Below are positions 58,201 through 64,000 of a DNA stretch of 64,000 bases, in pieces. The stretch is from Macrostomum hystrix (taxonomy: Eukaryota; Animalia; Platyhelminthes). Below the pieces are notes generated by a model. It was not told where the DNA came from. It saw nothing but the letters and a program-made list of their open reading frames with translations, and searched no databases. The number at the start of each line of letters is the position of its first letter. Position 1 is the first letter of the stretch. Where the stretch lies: the NCBI GenBank assembly GCA_950097015.1, contig CATNEN010000031.1, positions 2,666,001 to 2,730,000 of the forward strand, given 5' to 3'. The position numbers were made by a program, and so were the translations under genes.

Positions 58201-58765
58201 TCTGCGGAGGTAGGAATGAGTTTCTTTAAATAGGTGCTGATCTACAATCAACAGATCGTGACCTATCTGTGATTTACAATACCCACCCACAATTAGCTAA
58301 TGCTGGTACCCATTTTAACAGCTGGGTGAACTGAAGCAACGCTAAGAAGGTTAAGCGTCTTGCTAAAGGACACAAACTGTTCCAGTGGAGTCGGGAATCG
58401 AACCCCCGACCTTCAAGTCGTGAGTCCGACGCCCAAACCATTAGGCTACAACTCACTACCACTGATCACTAGGAAGCAATATTGATCATCAGAAATCGAT
58501 TGTGAGTACAAGACTCCCACCTAATAAAAGGCATAGCGTCCAGGCTGCCGAACACTTTGTCGGCCCGAATTCCGTCAGCCACAAACAAGACCAGACGCTT
58601 GGCAGCAGCATCCGCCGGCGCAGGGTAGGGCGACTGTCTGGTTCTGAGCGGAGCAAAGGAGCGTGAGCGCACTAGCTCGGAAGTGAAGTAGATATCGAAT
58701 ATTGAGTAGAACAGCAGCAGGTGCAGCAGCACAGCCAGTAGGCCGGCCGTCCAAGTCGGTAGAGC
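46025..58765 (-). CDS. PIGN: GPI ethanolamine phosphate transferase 1 (PIGN/MCD4); 14 coding exons, ~950 aa after correcting two +1 frameshifts
   Basis: Hallmarks [104 protein letters not shown]. Exons: 58765-58521, 58201-58080, 56566-56367, 54877-54753, 54422-54067, 53111-52881, 52132-52053, 50540-50362, 50055-49658, 49350-49266, 48941-48504, 47748-47693, 46807-46732, 46288-46025. All GT-AG; total 2855 nt = 951 codons + 2. Confidence 0.95.
46337..46657. repeat. 44-bp minisatellite in PIGN last intron
   Basis: CTCAAACCTCAGTGAAATCTGAGAGCAGGGGATTTGGGATCTGA x ~7. Confidence 0.92.
46732..46807 (-). CDS. PIGN: PIGN exon 13
   Basis: [25 protein letters not shown], phase 2 to 0. Confidence 0.9.
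47190..47645. repeat. 31-bp then 45-bp minisatellite (AATCTCAC core)
   Basis: Period 31 (47281 to 47312), then 45 ([15 protein letters not shown] pseudo-ORF). Confidence 0.9.
47693..47748 (-). CDS. PIGN: PIGN exon 12
   Basis: [18 protein letters not shown], phase 0 to 2. Confidence 0.9.
48020..48370. repeat. 23-bp minisatellite (TGACCGGTGCATGACCTAACAAA)n
   Basis: Read directly. Confidence 0.88.
48504..48941 (-). CDS. PIGN: PIGN exon 11
   Basis: AGQSLL...SYEGLF...RQNLGF|GTATCC, 438 nt. Confidence 0.85.
49266..49350 (-). CDS. PIGN: PIGN exon 10
   Basis: CGCAG|G...GCT|GTGAGT, phase 2 to 0 fits the neighbouring exons. Confidence 0.75.
49411..49660. repeat. 40-bp tandem repeat containing the exon-9 splice donor
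   Basis: TACTCACAGCACAGCAGTCAGGCATGAGCAGTTGTGCTCT x6 plus a partial unit. Confidence 0.93.
49658..50055 (-). CDS. PIGN: PIGN exon 9 (+1 frameshift at 49877-49879)
   Basis: HYLYCLTP...LAYLAF then, in a shifted frame, GLQLCALSF...FPLLPVVG; length 398 is one more than the flanking phases allow. Confidence 0.8.
50362..50540 (-). CDS. PIGN: PIGN exon 8
   Basis: [13 protein letters not shown]...HCCLLY, phase 2 to 1. Confidence 0.85.
50570..51830. repeat. 20-bp minisatellite (AGTATCTAGGGGTGTTCTAT)n
   Basis: About 60 units. Confidence 0.95.
52053..52132 (-). CDS. PIGN: PIGN exon 7
   Basis: [27 protein letters not shown]. Confidence 0.9.
52240..52870. repeat. 30-bp minisatellite with CCGCTCCCTACC core (two sub-arrays)
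   Basis: 10-aa periodic pseudo-ORFs [10 protein letters not shown] / [10 protein letters not shown]. Confidence 0.9.
52881..53111 (-). CDS. PIGN: PIGN exon 6
   Basis: GLLPVSLL...HFHLA, 231 nt, phase 0 to 0. Confidence 0.85.
53290..54060. repeat. 22-bp minisatellite (GAGCACCTGAAGATACAGATTG)n
   Basis: About 34 units, starting ~6 nt from the donor at 54066. Confidence 0.95.
54067..54422 (-). CDS. PIGN: PIGN exon 5 (+1 frameshift at ~54278-54280)
   Basis: [16 protein letters not shown] then, in a shifted frame, [15 protein letters not shown]...[17 protein letters not shown]; length 356 is one more than the flanking phases allow. Confidence 0.9.
54455..54700. repeat. ~60-bp tandem repeat
   Basis: GTTCAGAGAGATGGTCAATGACTTCTAATGGACAGTTCA... 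x ~4. Confidence 0.8.
54753..54877 (-). CDS. PIGN: PIGN exon 4
   Basis: EFLQ...[21 protein letters not shown]. Confidence 0.9.
55200..55340 (-). mobile_element. SINE family 1, internally deleted copy
   Basis: Tail ACGGCTGTTCAGTCCATGGACTG and head CCTTCAAGTC...CTAGGCTAAC; CORE mostly missing. Confidence 0.8.
55410..56210. repeat. 39-bp minisatellite (CTCCCAATCACTGGTTAGGGATTTGATTACTAATCCTTA)n
   Basis: About 20 units; 13-aa periodic pseudo-ORF. Confidence 0.95.
56367..56566 (-). CDS. PIGN: PIGN exon 3
   Basis: [28 protein letters not shown]...[10 protein letters not shown]. Confidence 0.92.
56623..56795 (+). mobile_element. SINE family 1 copy with the clearest CORE domain
   Basis: 56663-56723 TGTGTCCTTGAGCAAGAGACTTCATTCCCCATAGCTTCAGTTCACCCAGCTGTAAAATGGG resembles the MIR CORE consensus as recalled. 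Confidence 0.85.
56870..57230. repeat. 34-bp minisatellite (GACATCCAGTTATGGGATTTGAGTAGGGATTATT)n
   Basis: Period 34 (56887 to 56921). Confidence 0.92.
57860..58060 (-). mobile_element. SINE family 2, partial copy
   Basis: CTCGCCGCGGAATCGAACTTAGGGACCTTGG and ACACAGGTGTGTACATC are the reverse complement of the 59600-59830 copy. Confidence 0.8.
58080..58201 (-). CDS. PIGN: PIGN exon 2
   Basis: [34 protein letters not shown]. Confidence 0.93.
58280..58450 (-). mobile_element. SINE family 1 copy in PIGN intron
   Basis: GGTACCCATTTTAACAGCTGGGTGAACTGAAGC...GGAATCGAACCCCCGACCTTCAAGTC...CCATTAGGCTA. Confidence 0.85.
58521..58765 (-). CDS. PIGN: PIGN exon 1 of those identified (start codon unresolved)
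   Basis: [17 protein letters not shown]...[17 protein letters not shown]; acceptor TTCAG at 58766; donor AG|GTGGGA at 58520. Confidence 0.88.
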
Positions 58766-59599
58766 CTGAAGCGTTTTTTGGTTTTTGTTTGTCTGCTTAC
58801 TGGTTTGAATAAAGTGCAGTTGGAAATGTACTTTTAAAGTTGCATGCTAAGCGGCACGCATACGTTATAAAAATTAACATAATTTCTCGAAGAACGATGA
58901 GTCATAAGAGAGTGACGTTAGAAACGATGAAATGTGACTGTGACATGACATGACATGATATGACATGAGATAGTGAGACTGGAAATGGAGTGACGAGAGA
59001 GTGACATTGTAGACGGAGTGAAGACATAAGAACCGAGAGAGTGACATTGTAGACGGAGTGAAGACATAAGATCCGAGAGAGTGACATTGTAGATAGAATG
59101 ACAAGATAAGAGATGAGAGACTGACATGAGAAAAGGGTTAATAATATTAAAATGACAGATTTAGCGAAACTAATACAGCTAATGTAATAAAAGTACGCAT
59201 GCAGTGAATGCGTGGACAATCGCTGCTCTGACCTATTAATAATAGAAAAATGTGATAAAGTAGAAATACCCAAAAATAGCCAAAACCTTCCAAACCGGAT
59301 ACTAACGCGCATAGCAACTATTTCTAACAATGAAAATAGATTATGCATTATTTTGTCACGAGCAATGGCAGACGGGCTGTCCGAGTTGATAATGAAAAAA
59401 CTACGGTCCTGTTAATGCCCAGATACTGAGTCCGCGTTCTCTACACATAGTTCATTAGTTGCGTGATATGATATGAGATAGTGAGTAGATAGTGACCACG
59501 CTATCCTCCCCGGGGAAAGATCACGGGAAATATTTTAAATATCCACTGCCTACTTCATGACAGCTCCAAAACCCAATGACCGATTTTCGCGAAAAATTT

Positions 59600-59895
59600 C
59601 CCACTCTTTAAGATCTCTTTGACCTCTCGCACCAAGGTCCCTAAGTTCGATTCCGCGGCGAGGCAAAATTTATTTGGGGCGCAGAGAAGGCTTGGGGGCT
59701 TGTCGTGCAATAGACGCCCTTGACGGCCAACCTCCAAGGCACAGTGACTAGGGCCGATGTACACACCTGTGTGAGAGTGTGTTCAGCAGTCAGTGAGATG
59801 GGTAGAATTGCCTCCTCGCTGGCTGCGGGTCTAGTGTCACCAAATGATGTGCCACTGCCCGCAGCCCTACTGCAAATAATAATAATAATAAATAG
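59600..59895 (+). mobile_element. tRNA-derived SINE family 2 with (AAT)n tail
   Basis: B box AAGTTCGATTCC, body GATGTACACACCTGTGTGAG, tail AATAATAATAATAATAAAT; three homologous copies elsewhere in the window. Confidence 0.8.
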
Positions 59896-60419
59896 CCCCC
59901 GGGGTCTAATAATTTAGCGGTGAATGGCTGTTTAAATGGCAGAAAGAAAAGCATTTTTAACTGCTGTGAACAGCCGATTAAGCAGCATAATCATTGACTG
60001 GATAACAAACCGATGAATTTCATGATATTGAAATAAACTAAATAAAACTGTCAATGAGAGGTTACAACAGGAAAAATAAGATTCTATATTGAGTCGATCT
60101 GTTGATGCTCTTATCATCGAATGAACACGCAATGTCCATTATCCCCCCCAGAGACGCGGCCAGTCTTTCCCAGCTTCTGATGGAGCCTTTTATCCGTGGA
60201 CAAGATGGCAAAGTATTTATTAATTATTCAATACGAGTGTCTCCCGGATACACACGCAAGCACACGGTTTAGCGAAACAGGAAATCTCAATAACCATTAA
60301 AGGAATAAAAATACAAAGAGCAATTCCAATGTCAATGTCATAATATAATAATCCAAAGCTGCACAATCAACCCCAAGAGACACAATGCGTACACAGCCTG
60401 ACATGGGAGAAAGTCAATT

Positions 60420-60855
60420 AGAACGGAGAAAAGAGGGGAGTAGGGAGAAGAGGAGAGAAGGGAGAAGAGGGGAGAAGGGAAAAAAGAGGAGAGAAGGGGA
60501 AAAGAGGAGAAAAAGGAGAAAAGAGGAGAGAAAGGAGAAGAGGAGAGAAGGGAGAAAAGAGGAGAGAAGGGAAAAGGAGAGAAGGGAGAAAAGAGGAGAG
60601 AAGGGAGAAGAGGAGAGAAGAGAGAAAAGAGGAGAGGAGGGAGAAAAGAGGAGAGGAGGGAGAAAAGAGGAGAGAAGGGAGAAGAGGAGAGAAGAGAGAA
60701 AAGAGGAGAGGAGGGAGAAAAGAGGAGAGGAGGGAGAAAGGAGGAGAAAAGGGAGAAAAGATGAGAGGAGGGAGAAAGGAGGAGAAAAGGGAGAAAAGAT
60801 GAGAGGAGGGAGAAAAGAGGAGAGGAGGAAGAAAAGAGGAGAGAAAGGAGAGATA
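60420..60855. repeat. GA-rich low-complexity repeat
   Basis: GGAGAGAAGGGAGAAAAGA units. Confidence 0.85.
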
Positions 60856-60886
60856 AATGAGAGACTGAACGCAGAGACGGGGGGAC

Positions 60887-61038
60887 ATGAAGAGAGCGAA
60901 TGGGAAGAATCCCAGCCACGAGAAGAGCGGATCGAGTGCCCTCATCCGTCAGCTGGCCAAGCGCGCGGCGCAAGTGCCTCAGAGGGCGCCCCCAGCTCGG
61001 AAGGCGATTGTTCGGGCTAAGCAGAGCGAATCGAGGGG
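60887..61038 (+). other. Possible first coding exon of an unidentified plus-strand gene
   Basis: ATG AAG AGA... open for 50 codons (MKRANGKNPSHEKSGSSALIRQLAKRAAQ...) to donor GG|GTAAGG; GC-rich; no recognised homology. Confidence 0.25.
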
Positions 61039-61269
61039 GTAAGGCAATAGCGGAGAGAAAGAGGAAATGCGGCCGCGAGGAAAAATAAAAACGGCTCCCT
61101 CACTGCAACTGCCGCCAGTGACGCAGTATGGGGAACAATGCGATGGGAGATGAGAACTGAGGGATGTCGGCACGCGCAGGGATAAATAAGCTCTGGATTT
61201 TCGCAATAAACAGTATACAAGAGGATCTAGGAAATAGGAGAATTAACAAACAAAACATGACCGTTCGGG

Positions 61270-62212
<943 letters not shown>

Positions 62213-63801
62213 GCATGTGGCAGTGACACGTAATAGATTGTAATATTCGGTCACTAAAAACTATCTATAATGACAAATGTCAGAGAGTAAAGCCAGCTAG
62301 GTGAAAGTGGATTGCGTTGTCAGTTAAGTAAGCAAAACATGTTATGACAATGCTAAAGATAAAGTATAAAGCGAGACATGAAAGAGCAAAGTAGTTGGTA
62401 CATGATCCCATGACGGAGAATTTGTAACTAACTAAGAATTTATAAGAGGTCACCCGCGTATGTGAGAAGCAGCTGCAACAATCCGCTTATTAATTATTAA
62501 AGCCATTATACTACCCAGAGTGGAATAGCAAAGGTGCGGCAGCTTGAAGCTTGAAGGGGAAATTTATAGATCCTCACGGTGACGCAGGATGTGGTTGCTC
62601 TCCTCTGAGCGTCTCAACCCTATGATTTACGCCGGCAAGAACTGCCCGTGGAATGCTTGAGCATGCATTCTGAGCTTGAGTCCATATTCTCTGGGCGCAT
62701 CATAAAATGCATCTCGTATTTATCTATTCGACGACTTAGCTTTGATGTCAAAAAATCCGGGACACTTCTAATTATAATAATCACAATCATATAGGCTTGG
62801 TAATTAACGAAATCAAATCTGAGCACAGTTATTCTGAGAAGCCTTTGCCAGGCATTGGGCTGTGCAGTAAAGGATGGGATAGGAAGGGAGGATTTCAAGA
62901 CAGATAGATATTCAATTAGTTTCCCGCAACCTCGCCTGCAAATGATACATTTTAGGACTATTTCCCGTTGCAGTGCGATAGTCAGAGAGAATAAAAGGAC
63001 TCTGTAGGAGTGGCGCCATCGATTTGGGATTTGGGAAAAAACTGAGACGAACCACAATGCAACAGCCGAGCCGAGCGTGACTTGCCATTTGAGCACGCAA
63101 TTTGAGCACTGCTTGTTTCCATGCTGCCTCTTTGTCCACTTTTTATTCGAGTCTCCGAGCAGATTTCCAGGAATGCTGACAAGTTTTGAGCTAGCTCGCC
63201 TCTATGTTTCTATCATCTAACTCTGCTATGAAGTATTTTAGAGAACTAGTCTGTCTCACCTCCCCATGTCTCCATGACAGAGCCTGGGTGGCTCCTTTTG
63301 AAGCGGCAAACCTCCGCCCCCCGCCATGGAGAAAAGCTACTTTCGCAATGACGAGCCGTCGGCTCATGCGGCATGCAGACAGGCGCCTCGGCAAAACTGT
63401 CAAAGGCAGAGACGGACAGACGGAGAGCCGAGATAAAAAAAAGAAAAAAGGAGAGAATGCGAGATGAGCGTCTCTGACAGGGAGGTGGGGCGCAGTTAAA
63501 GCAGACTATCTGGCATTGGCTGCAGATGGGATGCATTGTGAAACACATGGGTGAGGGTTTAGGGGAGAAGAATTATCCTCTCTCTCTCTCTCTCTACGCT
63601 GGCTGGGACGAGCTGTGAGCGAAGATTGAGATTAGACTAGAAGGGTTGGCGGCTTTGAGGCTGTTTGGCTAGCGATGAGGCGGAGGGATTTATAAATGAT
63701 CCAAGATCGGGCGCGTTGGGATGCGACCGACTGAGCGCAAATAATTGTTTGCAAGCTTTCTTCATCTGTGGCTACTTTCTTTTTTTCTAACCCCGCTGCA
63801 G

Positions 63802-63955
63802 CCGCTGTGAAATCAATCAACTATAGACTACGCGCACAACAGTACCTACGCGCCCAATACTGCCAACAACAATGTTACTGCCAACCAGCTGTCAGGATAG
63901 AGAGAAAGAGATCAACGACACCGAGAGTCAAAAGTCCGGAAGGAGTCTGCGAAAG
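63802..63955 (+). other. Possible internal exon of an unidentified plus-strand gene
   Basis: Polypyrimidine/CTAAC...GCAG acceptor and AAG|GTGAGT donor; no recognised protein. Confidence 0.3.
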
Positions 63956-64000
63956 GTGAGTCTGATTGCTGAGTCACGTTAAATAATATTTGTGATTATT

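Noticed and set aside
62620-63096. 158-aa minus-strand ORF
   Set aside because: No recognisable domain, AT-rich codon usage unlike the real exons here, and no splice support.

Overview
This is eukaryotic (animal) genomic DNA: GC-rich exons in AT-rich introns packed with minisatellites, SINEs and MITEs. The style suggests a free-living flatworm such as Macrostomum (inference, not verified). No prokaryotic features or CRISPR arrays were seen. Genes reconstructed by hand from GT-AG junctions with consistent phases: (1) the 5' part of an uninterrupted Ty3/Gypsy (Mag-like) gag-pol with PBS and a putative 5' LTR (1-2699, -); (2) the T1-domain exon of a Shaw/Kv3 potassium channel (6781-7416, -), whose remaining exons lie left of the window; (3) a 4-exon ~896-aa protein with an ARID5B-like BAH domain, AT-hooks and polyQ/polyA but no ARID domain (9662-18512, -); (4) an apparently intronless divergent TALE homeobox gene (29817-30350, +); (5) a neuropeptide precursor ending in a 34-aa RYamide resembling NKY (41101-41601, -); (6) a 14-exon PIGN gene (46025-58765, -) with two identical-type +1 frameshifts, no in-frame ATG found, and a different tandem repeat in nearly every intron. 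Also present: a degenerate LINE fragment, two tRNA-derived SINE families (one with a MIR-like CORE domain and palindromic tail), three MITEs with 8-bp TSDs, and large satellites with higher-order duplications. Comparisons with human or annelid proteins are from memory and need confirming by database search.
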